From Mizuhopecten yessoensis (lineage: Eukaryota), in contig NW_018408252.1 of the NCBI RefSeq assembly GCF_002113885.1, positions 389,188 through 453,187 of the forward strand: 64,000 bases of DNA, given 5' to 3'. A program made the translations under genes and the position numbers. Below, piece by piece: positions 36,803 through 49,867 of the stretch. The notes beneath the pieces were generated by a model, which was not told where the DNA came from, did no database searches, and saw only the letters and a program-made list of their open reading frames with translations. Position 1 is the stretch's first letter. The number at the start of each line of letters is the position of its first letter.

Positions 36803-39073
36803 TAATTAAGATTTGTAGGTCATTTTGTCAGTTGTCTTATGATCTCTGTCTGCTTTTGTTCCAAAATTACGCGATGAAGGCTGCTCTTTATATACCAATA
36901 CATAGTATTACAAGGTACCTTATTCAAAGTCCGATATGTTTTTGTTTTTTTTAGAAATAATAAGTATTAGCTCATTGTTGTTTATGAAATCATATACTTA
37001 TTAATAATGTTTATGTAACCGTAGACTTATTTGTGAGTTTTTTTTTTCTTAATCCACATAAGCATGTTCATTTCAAAGAAATAGAAGTTTCAGACAAGCT
37101 TTTAAAAAAAAGAAATCAACTTTCAATCGACATTGTGCTGAAGATGACGTGTCTATATTGTTGTTAACTTGTTGTTTTTAAATGTTAATAAAACATTTGT
37201 TCCTCTAATTTCTATCGTGTCGTTGCTTTAATGTAAATCAGAACAATTTAAGCAGGATTTCAACACACTGCATCTTTAGGCTACTGACATATAAGCAGAA
37301 TGCGACACACTTCCCCAATGTCTCGCTTTAATGCCCCTTATCCCTGTTTGACAGCTAATCAAGAGGGCCAAGTACCTTAATATTAATAGCTCACTTAGTG
37401 TTTATTTCTTTTAAGTTTAACAGTTCTATGAAGAGAAAAGAAAAGATAGCAAGAGCATAACAGGTCTGCAGTGCTCACCTGATATTAATCTCCCACTTGT
37501 ACCTTAAAAGTGGATGAAAGTCAAATATATTAAAATGGACAATTTAAAACTAAGGGCTAAACATCATAACCTAGTTGATATCTGTGACCTTGAAAATAGG
37601 TCAAGGTTATTCTAACAAAATGGCCATACTGGCCAAAAATCCCAGTGAGTTTTGGTTATTGAAAAGGAGTTTAAAGATTTTAAACCTTTGACCCATGTGA
37701 TCTTGAAAGTGGGTCAAGGACATTTGTTTTAACAGAATATTGGTAGCTTTTCATCCCAGTATGTCAAATATCGTCACCATGTGTCTCTTGGTCATTCTGA
37801 AGAATTCATTCAAACTTTTAGCACTTTTAACTCCTGTGAGTTGAAAAGGTCAACATCATTCAATTCAATTCAGGAGAAATTGCTTAAACATTTTATAACA
37901 AATTTGGCCCCTGTGACTTTCTGATTTTAAATAATGGTATTGCCATTCATTTTAACAAATTTGATGACTGATTAACCTAGTATGCTACTGTTCAAATGAA
38001 AACGCCCCAAAACTTATTCAGGGGAAGTAATTTAAAAATTTAAACCCATTTCACCCCATTGACCGAGAAAGTAGCTCAAGGTCATTCATTTGAATATTTT
38101 GAGAGTTCCATCTTCCACCATGCTTCTGGCTTAATATCATCACCCTGAGACTTTTTTTGTCATCAAGAAGCCGGATCATGACATCAGCTCACCAGGCCCT
38201 TCAGGCCAGATTGCTAAAAACTTTATCGAGAGTTTATTTTCCTAAACTCCTATTACACTGGGCCGGTCTTTGGAGTGTAGCCATTCTATTTATATATATA
38301 CTGTTGAGTTCCATTTCAGTAAATCGTCACTAGGTTGAATACAGTGAGGTAGCACTCTGAAGTCGTCTTCAGATCTGTGCTATCACAAGGAGGCAAATAC
38401 ACCAACATACCTTCAAAAGCATACATACACGCATATATTACACACATGAAGACTGGTCCTTAAATATTCTCAGCTGTCAATAGGATGCTAAAAAAAAATA
38501 AACCAAACCAAACCATACCAAACCTTGGATGAGTCTGCTGGATAACCAAACTACTCAGTAGTGAAGCGGACGTAAAACCTATAAATCAACCTTAGATGTG
38601 GGTCAAGGTCAATCATTTGAACAAACTTTGAAACCAAAGATAAGGTTAAGACCAGACTTGAAGTTCAGATACTCTGGCTCAATTCGGAAAGTCTACAGAA
38701 GTATATAATAGTTATCTGAGAATCATAGATAACCAAAAATAAGTGAAAACAGAATTCATCTTTAACTATGTATTGTTCACAATAAAACAAAGATTATAAC
38801 TTCTTTACACATCTACCTCATTGCTGGTAAAAAAAAAATGCAATATTTCTGCTACTGGTGTTTATAACTGTTACAGTGTGTTCTACTATTGCGGTTATAT
38901 ATTTTGCTTTCCCTTTATCCTTAGTCCCAATATTTTACCTTAATTCTATACAGACTATTTGTCAATGTGAAAATAATAATGAAATCAAAAAAAAATTAAA
39001 CAGTGTTATTTGAAAAAAAACATAACAAAATTTAGAGTACAGGCACAAATCATGAAAGTCAGACCCTGTAAGA

Positions 39074-39165
39074 TTAACTCATTTACCCCTGAAAACACAT
39101 TTAAGCTCTTACAGTTCAAAGTTTGGAATAGCTCATTATGCAATTTCAGGGGTGAATGAGTAAAT
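39074..39165. mobile_element. Mini TTAA-type (piggyBac-like) element; similar at 42471-42559
   Basis: ttaa-ctcatttacccctgaaa ... tttcaggggtgaatgag; second copy ttaa-ccctttcacc ... ggttgaaaggt-ttaa. Confidence 0.6.
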
Positions 39166-42116
39166 CACTCTTAAGTGTTTTACTTGGTTTTGCTTCCCAA
39201 ACTTTTATCTCATTCACTCAGCTTGCTGAATTTCCCCCGGGGAACACCAACAAATCATGAAGCCTACAAAATGTAATACTTTAAGCAGTTTTGAGAAGAC
39301 AACATTTTTCAAATTCAGATGAATTCACATTTAACTTCTAGAGTTAACATTTCAAGGTTTTCCTGCAACAATTAACGAGACTGGAATACGAGATCATGAT
39401 GTATATGAAGACTGACTGGAACTTTCACTCAGTCTCAAAACCTCAGAGCAAGAAATTTGGATCTTAAGTGAGAAAGACTGTTCAATTAAGTAAGTTATCA
39501 TAAGACCTATTTGTGGAAGTTTGAAACATGGTAAAATAGACTGACATGTGTTACGTTAATAACACATCTCAATATAACATCCCTTGGTTCATTTACAATG
39601 TCGCTTATCATCAATGCTTTTAACCCTTTCAACATTGTAGACAATAATGTAGACTCATCCAGATCGGATCCCCTTTTTATTTTTTTTTAACAATTCCATT
39701 ATTGTCTGTCTCTACATATCGGCAAACTTCTTTATATTGCCAAATGGTGACAGTGTAATAAGGTTTTACTGTACTTGTATGCAAAAGCTGGTCCGGATCA
39801 ACATGAAGTAGAGTGACCACACCTTTACTCAAGGAAATTAAACCTCTTAGATTATAATTTACCATTCATAACTATATAGAACCATACATAAATTAACCAC
39901 AGGTTAAATATGTCATCAGAAAATAAAAACAGGTTTTCCTCTTTCCCAGTATTTACTATCTTCAGCACATAAGATTTGTCTCCATTTGTTACAGGTGGGT
40001 TAAAAATAGTGTATTATACATATCGTTTGCACTCTATGGTCCAAGGGGAATAACTCCCACTCGGAAAGGCTACAAACTCTGAAACATCAGGGTCAGTAGT
40101 ACTTATATTGTTTTAGCTCACAAATATGTCTCACAACTCTTCATCCAATCAAATGTCATTGATACTTCTACATGATCACTATGATGTCCCAGCATCCTGA
40201 AAATAAAACCAATGTATTTTATGAAATATTTCCAATCTCTTTGTGCATATTATTACAAAAGATCTGCAGTAAAACCTGTATGTTATCTATTGTAACTTTC
40301 TGTGGAGATACTTGTGGTTCTGAATGATCATGAGGTACTTTTGTAAGGAAGGTGCATTAAATTACAGTAGTTTATATTCCTATACAACACACATCATTAA
40401 TCACATGTCACAAATTACCATATGTAAATTACCACATAACACATTGGAGAAAAGATTTTGCTTTTGACAATCAATCTATTATATATGGATGCCTGAAATA
40501 TATTGACATATACCAAGTAATGGTTTGAAAACTGACTCTAGTTATATATCCTCAACAAGAAATATTGAACATCAACCTTCATCTGAAGATAACAAAAAAA
40601 CACTTCCAAATTAAGTGCATCCTCACCTGTTTCAGCTTCAAGAGTTTTGGATATTTTAATTCATTGTTACAGTTGGCTAGTCCCATCCCAAATCCTACAC
40701 CAGTAAAGAAAAGTAGCGACCACCGGGTCCCACCTGTTCAAGAAAATAAAGGCTATTAGTTCTTTACCTAAGGTCACTTTCAACATCAATGGTTTGTAGA
40801 TGATAGTGTTAAATGCAAACATTTATCATAAATAACCAATTTTGAATAAGGCAAAAAAAAATATATGTGTGTTTGTGCTTGAAATATTTGAAAAGATTTT
40901 TATTATGCTTAAAAAGAACAGGAGTTCTGACTTTAACAGTGCTTATCAATAAATGCCAATAAAAACTTCAGGGTAGGCACGAAAAACTAGGGTCGATAAG
41001 GAAACCGGAAAACATACATAATTATTTTTGGCCTAAGGCATCGCAAATCAGTGTTTGAAGTCGATGACTGTTTGAGTATTGATTGATACCAAAAAGCAAT
41101 CCCAAGCGAGTGTTTTCAGTAAGAAACAGTAATGAGTGTTTCCAGCCAACTTGAGCTAGTGGGTGGAAAAATAATTTTCTATTTTTAGAAACAGAGACCT
41201 TCAGACCTGACAGCCAATCCTAAGCAGGATTTTTTGTTAAGGAAGTAGTATTTGAATTTTGAGTTTGATCGACAAATTTCAACTTGAGTCATTGAAACTC
41301 ATTTTCTATTTATAGCACTGTTCAAGTGAATTTGACCTTCACCCTTCAAATTATTACAGTGAGAAAACACGTTATGAAACTTTAGTAGATTAAGACCACA
41401 AGAACTCAAGTTTTTTTTGCGGAGACAATGGTGAGATGGACAATGATAAATCACAATGATAAATCACCTCTAGTCTCTGTCTTGGGGTTGCTAAGGCAAG
41501 ACACAAAAAAACATGTTTCCTGTAACTTGTTGGAAAAAATCATGGTAGGTAGGTACCTAACAAGTTTTATTTTAACAAAATATTTTGTATTTTAATCTTG
41601 ATTTTAACAGTGCTTCTTTGAAAATTGACTTTAAAAGTTTAGGGTGGACACAAAAAATTAGGGTAGGCCCCCCGTCTCTAGAATATGGAATTATTAAGAT
41701 TTTCTTTTTATCTATAATTATTTTGATCACTTGGATGTCTGATTCTAGACCGAAGCTCTAAACTAGGGGGAGATAATCTCTAGCTAGTAGTAAAATGCAG
41801 TCGAGAAATTCTTCATAAATCTTAGGGGCTGGTAGCCAGTCTAAGGTAACTGGAAACACCAGCATTTCCTCCCCAGAAAAAAACCCTGAGCAACATTAAA
41901 TTTTGATACATAAAGGGATTTCCATTAGGAAGGGCTGTTCTAGTGAACTATTTCTCATTACAGTTTGAATCTGTTGTCTCAAAGTTTGTTCGGGATATTT
42001 TTATGTTCAGTTACAGTGACAAATTATCCGAAATTGAATTATTATTCTTCCCAAGGTCAAATCACATACCAAGTTGGAGCTTTGTGCAATCATTCCTTCT
42101 GAAGTAAGTTTCTGGA

Positions 42117-42254
42117 TAGCCAGAGTTTCCTCTGTCCTTGACACCAGACTCAGACATTTTGAAAGATAGATGTCTGATAGCCATCTATCTGTCTGATAGC
42201 AATCTATCTGTCAAAATGTCTGTCTGGTGTCAGGGACAGAGGAAATTCCGGCTA
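42117..42254. mobile_element. Fold-back (hairpin) MITE
   Basis: tagccagagtttcctctgtccttgacaccagac..agacattttga pairs with tcaaaatgtctgtctggtgtcagggacagaggaaattccggcta. Confidence 0.75.
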
Positions 42255-43724
42255 TTTTCTGGACAAGAAAGTGAAGTGACAACAGACATCCTGTCTGACC
42301 ACTAAATCTTTCCCCACTACGTCATTTCCTCTCGAGGACAAAAAATAATTAAAAAACAAAAATTGATACTCCCTTTTTGTACACACACCCTTATCATAAA
42401 TACAGGTTCTTTTGTTTGGCCTCCCAAAAATGATGAAATAAATTGACATCAATACATTTTTAAAACATGTTTAACCCTTTCACCACTAGACCACAATGGA
42501 CTCGTCCAGATCAATGCATGGTCGAGTCTACTAAAGTTACACAGGGTTGAAAGGTTTAACTTAAGCTCTTCCGATCTGTCAGTCAACTTACCTTTAGTTT
42601 TCCCAAATCTTGTCAGTGATAATATTCCTCCAATGGTGGCCCCGGAGACTGAGGAACAGAAATAAACACGAACTTATATAATTGTCTCTTACTTCAACGT
42701 GAGTAAAAATTCAGACTATCAGTAGACTATACATATATAGCTATTGTACCGGGTAAAGAGTACTAAATTAGTCTTATCAAGGATAGACCTGTGGTCATCT
42801 TAAATATACTGTACATATTTAAATTAAAATTAAGTCTGATTTCTTTCTTCTATCAGGCATTATAGCACATCGCATTAATTTAATGCAATGTATGTAACAG
42901 AGGTCAATATTTTTTCAATGCCTCTGCTAGTGATTCGAACCAGGGACCTCTGGTTTACTAGTCTTACGCTCTACCAAATGAGCTGAAGAGATATTCTCCC
43001 TAACCGAAACGGTAAGTGGCCAGTTATTTTTTTGTACCAGAGTGACATGTATTTTTTTGCTTGATTGTAAATAGGCTATATATATATACTACAATAATAT
43101 TACTTAGCAGAATAGTTACGGTATGAACGTAGCGGTACCTGTATACTGTTATACCAATGTCCCATAACTTTCATGAGAAACCTGGTTGGTAAACATCGAA
43201 TGCGTCAAAACAGGTAACACTGGAGAAAAGTACCAAACTGACACATCAGTCATGAATCAAAGTACAAATATTTGCCAATTCATTTTTATAGCAGTCATTG
43301 ATTGTTAAAATAAATTCAAAAATCTTACTGGTCTTAAGGGCAGTATCCACAATACATTTGTCCCATTTATCCGCAATAACGTCCTCCGATCTCGCAGCCA
43401 TGTTGGAAGGTTATGATGGGCGCGTTCGATTCTAGAGTCTTTACTTACGCACGGTGCATTCGATTGTGAAATTATTGCGATTCAGGTTGCTGATGGCACA
43501 GGGACATGGAAGAAATTGATACCGATGAAGTTTTAAAATTGTTTCGTGCTACTCTTATGCTTTGTTTTTGTTCTATTTTATACTATCGCAGCTTTATTTT
43601 TATTTTTTATAATATTATTTTACAGTATCAACTAATTAACATCATTGATATCAGCATCATCTTCTGTTTTTATACACAATTGTAGCTTTTCTTTCTCCCC
43701 TCAATATTTTTTACATAACTAACT

Positions 43725-44345
43725 GATACCATTGTCAAGGAAAGTTTCCAGATATGATAGCTACCACCTGAAGTTGTCCATCCGGGTTAAAAATGAAATT
43801 CCTTCTGACCTTTTTCTTTTTACAAAGTTATGGCCCTTTGTTGAGAAATGCTTGTCCGGACAACTCCTCAAAAACTACGAGCCAATTTCAACGATATTTT
43901 TCAAAAATGATAACTACCACCTGCATCCAGGTATTATTATTTTTTTCATTCTGACCCTTTTTACGGAGTTATTGCCCTTTGTTGAAAAATGCTTACCCGC
44001 ACAACTTCTCCAAAACTTCTGGGTGCCTATTTCAATGAAAATGTTCACATATGATAACTACCATCTGATGTTGTGCATCCAGGTATACTTTTTTCAATCC
44101 GTCCCTTTTTTGGAGTAAATGCCCTTTGTTGAAAAATACTTGTCTAGACAACTACTCCAAGACTATGCAGCCAATTTGAACGAAAGTTTCCAGATATGAT
44201 AATTACCCCCTGATGTTGTGCATCCAGGTATTTTTTTCCAACCCCTTTTTTATAGAGTTGTGGCCCGCTTTTGAAAAATCCTTGTCCTGACAACTTCTCC
44301 TAATCTACTCAGCCATTTTCAAAGAAGAAAGTTTACAGATATGGT
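43725..44345. repeat. ~150-bp tandem satellite, about 4 diverged copies
   Basis: Recurring atgataactacca..gttgtgcatccagg..gagttatggccctttgttgaaaaatgcttgtcc..acaactcc. Confidence 0.85.
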
Positions 44346-44659
44346 TTGTTTTGGCATTGGGAGGGACTACAGGAAGTATGTCAGTGACCTGTATACTTGA
44401 TAAAGAAATCATTATTGGGGGCATGGGAGACGATGGATTGCTTTGTAATGCTTTGCCTTAGTAAGCCTTTAACTTACCGTTCTGGTTTATATATAGCAGC
44501 GGGGGTGTTAGTTGGCTTACAATTATTTCTAGTTCATTCTAAGTAGATGGCAAATGTTTCTACACACAGTATGATATGACGTAAGTTATCATATATTGTT
44601 TTCATCCAACTTATACCATTACGAAAATAAAAACAATACATTATCAATGACATTCGGTT

Positions 44660-44850
44660 TTGGATGGTCATGTGGGAAAGACTCGTCTTTCACCAAGGCG
44701 GCCGGGGTTCGATTCCCCGATCGAACGTGAAAATGTACGGGGCCACCTATACCCAACCACGTGGGTTTTCTATCGGTACTCTGGTTTCTTCCCCGTGCGC
44801 GCTAACATCCATGCCAAAAAGAGTGATTAATATAAACTGAAAAAAGTTGT
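44660..44850 (+). mobile_element. tRNA-derived SINE family C (V-domain-like)
   Basis: B box ggggttcgattcccc; body gtgggttttctatcggtactctggtttcttccc. Confidence 0.65.
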
Positions 44851-45229
44851 TTAATAGTTGTTGTAAAGTTTATATCTATATTTATATTTCATAACTTGCA
44901 GACCAGCAGAATCAATATTATCAATATGCTCGTTTATAACATATGAACCATGGGCACACATGCATACATTACACACACGAAGCACGTCCTTAAATGACAA
45001 TATCTTTTGATAGGACACTTAACCATGCTAAACCAAATAGAGTCAATGAATGTGTCCATAAAGCAGCATGTGCCTTCAGCCTTCAGACACATAACCACAG
45101 CAGAGAAACAGAAAAAATAATTGTCTTAATTAGTATAACAAATATGTCATTTAGAACACCTTGTGCACACAACTTCCACGTGATGTGTGATCGACAAAAC
45201 ACCATCACAGCCCTCATCATTCATTATAT

Positions 45230-48227
45230 CATCCTCGACATTCCAGGGGTTATAGTCTCTAACATTCCAGGGTTATACTCTCTAACATTCCAGGGGTTAT
45301 ACTCCCTAACATTCCAGGGGTTATACTCTCTAATATTCCAGGGGTTATACTCTCTAACATTCCAGGGGTTATACTCTCTAACATTCCAGGGGTTATACTC
45401 TCTAACATTCCAGGGGTTATACTCTCTAACATTCCAGGGGTTATACTCTCTAACATTCCAGGGGTTATACTCTCTAACATTCCAGGGGTTATACTCTCTA
45501 ACATTCCAGGGGTTATACTCTCTAACATTCCAGGGGTTATACTCTCTAACATTCCAGGGGTTATACTCTCTAACATTCCAGGGGTTATACTCTCTAACAT
45601 TCCAGGGGTTATACTCTCTAACATTCCAGGGGTTATACTCTCTAACATTCCAGGGGTTATACTCTCTAACATTCCAGGGGTTATACTCTCTAACATTCCA
45701 GGGGTTATACTCTCTAACATTCCAGGGGTTATACTCTCTAACATTCCAGGGGTTATACTCTCTAACATTCCAGGGGTTATACTCTCTAACATTCCAGGGG
45801 TTATACTCTCTAACATTCCAGGGGTTATACTCTCTAACATTCCAGGGGTTATACTCTCTAACATTCCAGGGGTTATACTCTCTAACATTCCAGGGGTTAT
45901 ACTCTCTAACATTCCAGGGGTTATACTCTCTAACATTCCAGGGGTTATACTCTCTAACATTCCAGGGGTTATACTCTCTAACATTCCAGGGGTTATACTC
46001 TCTAACATTCCAGGGGTTATACTCTCTAACATTCCAGGGGTTATACTCTCTAACATTCCAGGGGTTATACTCTCTAACATTCCAGGGGTTATACTCTCTA
46101 ACATTCCAGGGGTTATACTCTCTAACATTCCAGGGGTTATACTCTCTAACATTCCAGGGGTTATACTCTCTAACATTCCAGGGGTTATACTCTCTAACAT
46201 TCCAGGGGTTATACTCTCTAACATTCCAGGGGTTATACTCTCTAACATTCCAGGGGTTATACTCTCTAACATTCCAGGGGTTATACTCTCTAACATTCCA
46301 GGGGTTATACTCTCTAACATTCCAGGGGTTATACTCTCTAACATTCCAGGGGTTATACTCTCTAACATTCCAGGGGTTATACTCTCTAACATTCCAGGGG
46401 TTATACTCTCTAACATTCCAGGGGTTATACTCTCTAACATTCCAGGGGTTATACTCTCTAACATTCCAGGGGTTATACTCTCTAACATTCCAGGGGTTAT
46501 ACTCTCTAACATTCCAGGGGTTATACTCTCTAACATTCCAGGGGTTATACTCTCTAACATTCCAGGGGTTATACTCTCTAACATTCCAGGGGTTATACTC
46601 TCTAACATTCCAGGGGTTATACTCTCTAACATTCCAGGGGTTATACTCTCTAACATTCCAGGGGTTATACTCTCTAACATTCCAGGGGTTATACTCTCTA
46701 ACATTCCAGGGGTTATACTCTCTAACATTCCAGGGGTTATACTCTCTAACATTCCAGGGGTTATACTCTCTAACATTCCAGGGGTTATACTCTCTAACAT
46801 TCCAGGGGTTATACTCTCTAACATTCCAGGGGTTATACTCTCTAACATTCCAGGGGTTATACTCTCTAACATTCCAGGGGTTATACTCTCTAACATTCCA
46901 GGGGTTATACTCTCTAACATTCCAGGGGTTATACTCTCTAACATTCCAGGGGTTATACTCTCTAACATTCCAGGGGTTATACTCTCTAACATTCCAGGGG
47001 TTATACTCTCTAACATTCCAGGGGTTATACTCTCTAACATTCCAGGGGTTATACTCTCTAACATTCCAGGGGTTATACTCTCTAACATTCCAGGGGTTAT
47101 ACTCTCTAACATTCCAGGGGTTATACTCTCTAACATTCCAGGGGTTATACTCTCTAACATTCCAGGGGTTATACTCTCTAACATTCCAGGGGTTATACTC
47201 TCTAACATTCCAGGGGTTATACTCTCTAACATTCCAGGGGTTATACTCTCTAACATTCCAGGGGTTATACTCTCTAACATTCCAGGGGTTATACTCTCTA
47301 ACATTCCAGGGGTTATACTCTCTAACATTCCAGGGGTTATACTCTCTAACATTCCAGGGGTTATACTCTCTAACATTCCAGGGGTTATACTCTCTAACAT
47401 TCCAGGGGTTATACTCTCTAACATTCCAGGGGTTATACTCTCTAACATTCCAGGGGTTATACTCTCTAACATTCCAGGGGTTATACTCTCTAACATTCCA
47501 GGGGTTATACTCTCTAACATTCCAGGGGTTATACTCTCTAACATTCCAGGGGTTATACTCTCTAACATTCCAGGGGTTATACTCTCTAACATTCCAGGGG
47601 TTATACTCTCTAACATTCCAGGGGTTATACTCTCTAACATTCCAGGGGTTATACTCTCTAACATTCCAGGGGTTATACTCTCTAACATTGCAGGGGTTAT
47701 ACTCTCTAACATTTCAGGGGTTATACTCTCTAACATTCCAGGGTTATACTCTCTAACATTCCAGGGGTTATACTCTCTAACATTCCAGGGGTGATACTCT
47801 CTAACACTCCAGGGGTTATACTCTCTAACATTCCAGGGGTTATACTCCCTAACATTCCAGGGGTTATACTCTCTAACATTCCAGGGTTATACTTTCTAAC
47901 ACTCTAGGGGTTATACTCTCTAACATTCTCTGCACCTCTGTAATATGTCATGATGCAATCGAAGGCTCTGTGCGCGCTTCCTTGTTGATGATACAAATAT
48001 AAAAAAAAGTAGATGAGTTTGATTCTTTGATCAAAAGAATCACGCGTCCGCGTAACGGTAAAACTTACTGGCTTTGAAGTCGGGTATCGCTTCTCCGTAA
48101 TCTTCAAAAGAAAGATATCAGTGTCAGTAATTTTTAACTTAAAAATAGTTAACAGTGTGTCTTCGATTTTGCCTTTAAGGAGTACATAGAACGTTAATAT
48201 ACGTAACTCCTGGAATTTAGAAGGCTG
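45230..48227. mobile_element. Mutator-like MITE, copy 4, containing the 24-bp satellite
   Basis: Begins catcctcgacattccaggggtta. MITE body resumes at ~47928 and ends taactcctggaatttagaaggctg; 9-bp flanks tcattatat / tcattaaat. Confidence 0.8.
45239..47927. repeat. 24-bp satellite, about 112 near-identical copies
   Basis: Unit cattccaggggttatactctctaa; variants only at the two edges. Confidence 0.98.
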
Positions 48228-48307
48228 TCATTAAATGACATCTTAGTGGTCGGTCCTGTTCTGTAACTGTCTTTATAGCGAACCATATATTTAGATTTCC
48301 ATTCATT

Positions 48308-48575
48308 AGGAGGCACGGTAGTCTAGTGGTAGGTTCCAGTCTACTCAGCTGTAAATGAGTACGTGGTTTGGGCAGTGCTAGAAATGTAGAATGCTAGCTG
48401 TGATCGCCGAAATGGCAGCACCGGCTGTATGCTCCCCAGAGAGCCGAGAAAGATACTGGCTGGTTGCAAATACCCTATTACCACGGATAATAATTTTTGA
48501 ACCGCTTTGAGACGACCTACGAAATAGGTTGTGATAAAGTTGTACATAAGAACCTCGAATTATTATGATTATTAT
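48308..48575 (+). mobile_element. SINE family A with internal deletion (B-box region lost)
   Basis: aggaggcacggtagtctagtggtagg joined directly to ttccagtctactcagctgtaaatgag. Confidence 0.85.
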
Positions 48576-48904
48576 TGCGATCTATTAAACTTTCTACTTC
48601 AGTGCCTGTTACTCAAATACATTGTCATAAAGGATGCGTTTTAATTTTTGTACAACGCCTAAATCAAATATTGTATACACACAGTAAAAATGAATTAATC
48701 ATCGTGTTTGGACTGTACTATTGATCTGCTTCACTTAACGAAACAGAGTAATATTGTAACTCTGATTGAAGAGAAAATTATTAAGGCAAGCGAATATCGA
48801 AGCAAAAACAAAATCATAATTCGAACTCATTATCGATTAACCTTTGACACTTTATGAGCAAGGAAAAGATTTAAAGACAGACACCTGAAAACGTACAAGG
48901 ATAA

Positions 48905-48960
48905 TGAGACCATGCGTTCCGGAAGGGTAAGCGTGTTCTGCTTCATTGACAACACCAGCC
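48905..48960. repeat. Short dispersed repeat; second copy at ~58012-58066
   Basis: Shared gagacc.tg.gttccggaagggtaagcgt.ttctg.ttcat.gac. Confidence 0.7.
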
Positions 48961-49407
48961 AGGTTATACATAGTAAAACAATAAATGATTACAAAACTAT
49001 GATAATGATAGACATATTTAGTAAAATATACCAGGCCCGGTCGGCCGTATGGTCAAGACAGTGTGTTAGCGTTGGTATATCTCTGTTTCCTTGAAATACG
49101 TTTCTGAAAAAAATACATGAATTTTCTCTGCGCCTTTGAAATATGCTTTTGAAAAATCGAAGGTTCGTTGTTGATATATATGTGATTATTGTTGTGATTT
49201 AACTATTTTACACTCATCTTAACTATTAACTTGACTATTAACTTGATATTTATGAATTCCATTATCAAAATTTAAAAAAAATCATTGTATCATTTTTATT
49301 TACTTGTCTACAAGGACAATTTCAGTTTATTACAATAAAAAATGTCACCGTCATGTATTCCTTGACACGCTGTGCGGTTGCGCCCCGGTACTATTGATTC
49401 GATTCGA

Positions 49408-49867
49408 ATGCCTTATTTGTGTCTGTCCAAGCGTAAAATCTTCAATGATATCAAGCCGGGGCTGCGATATTGTCAGGTGGGACATATGTTAACGCACGAT
49501 ATACTACACTCTTTAAGTATGTTTTACCTGAAACAGGTATGTGTTATTGGCGTCACCGTGCTTTTATATTTTATTGTGATAGAAGTTTTTCTGAATGACT
49601 CTTATAACACTTATCAGCAGCTTGAATACATGCAGAAAGACATTTTTTATCCAACTGTTATGAGTCCAAAACAAATGGGAAGCAAATGGACTAACGCCGA
49701 TCCGAAATCTGTTTTTGATCTTTTACAGAAAAAATTCAAACACGAGACTTGCAAGAAAAGAGAAAATTTAGCTTTGCTGGCTGGCAATTCCAGTTATCAC
49801 ACAGGACTGTTGAGTTTTCCTGCATCGGGAAACACATGGACAAGGCATCTTATACAACAGCTTACAG
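49408..49867 (+). CDS. WSCD-family-like Golgi sulfotransferase, first coding segment (start 49408 or 49519; possible 60-bp in-frame intron 49477-49536)
   Basis: Type II anchor VCVIGVTVLLYFIVIEVFL; 5'-PSB motif LLSFPASGNTWTRHLIQQLTG; donor G|gtattg (phase 1). Confidence 0.85.

Noticed and set aside
44994-47756. 920-aa and 825-aa ORFs (FQGLYSLT)n and (MLESITPG)n
   Set aside because: They arise because a 24-bp unit lacks stops in those frames. There is no synonymous variation and the unit derives from a MITE TIR.
45239-47927. Telomeric repeat (GGGGTTA resemblance)
   Set aside because: Only one such motif per 24 bp and no (TTAGGG)n tract; explained by the TIR sequence.
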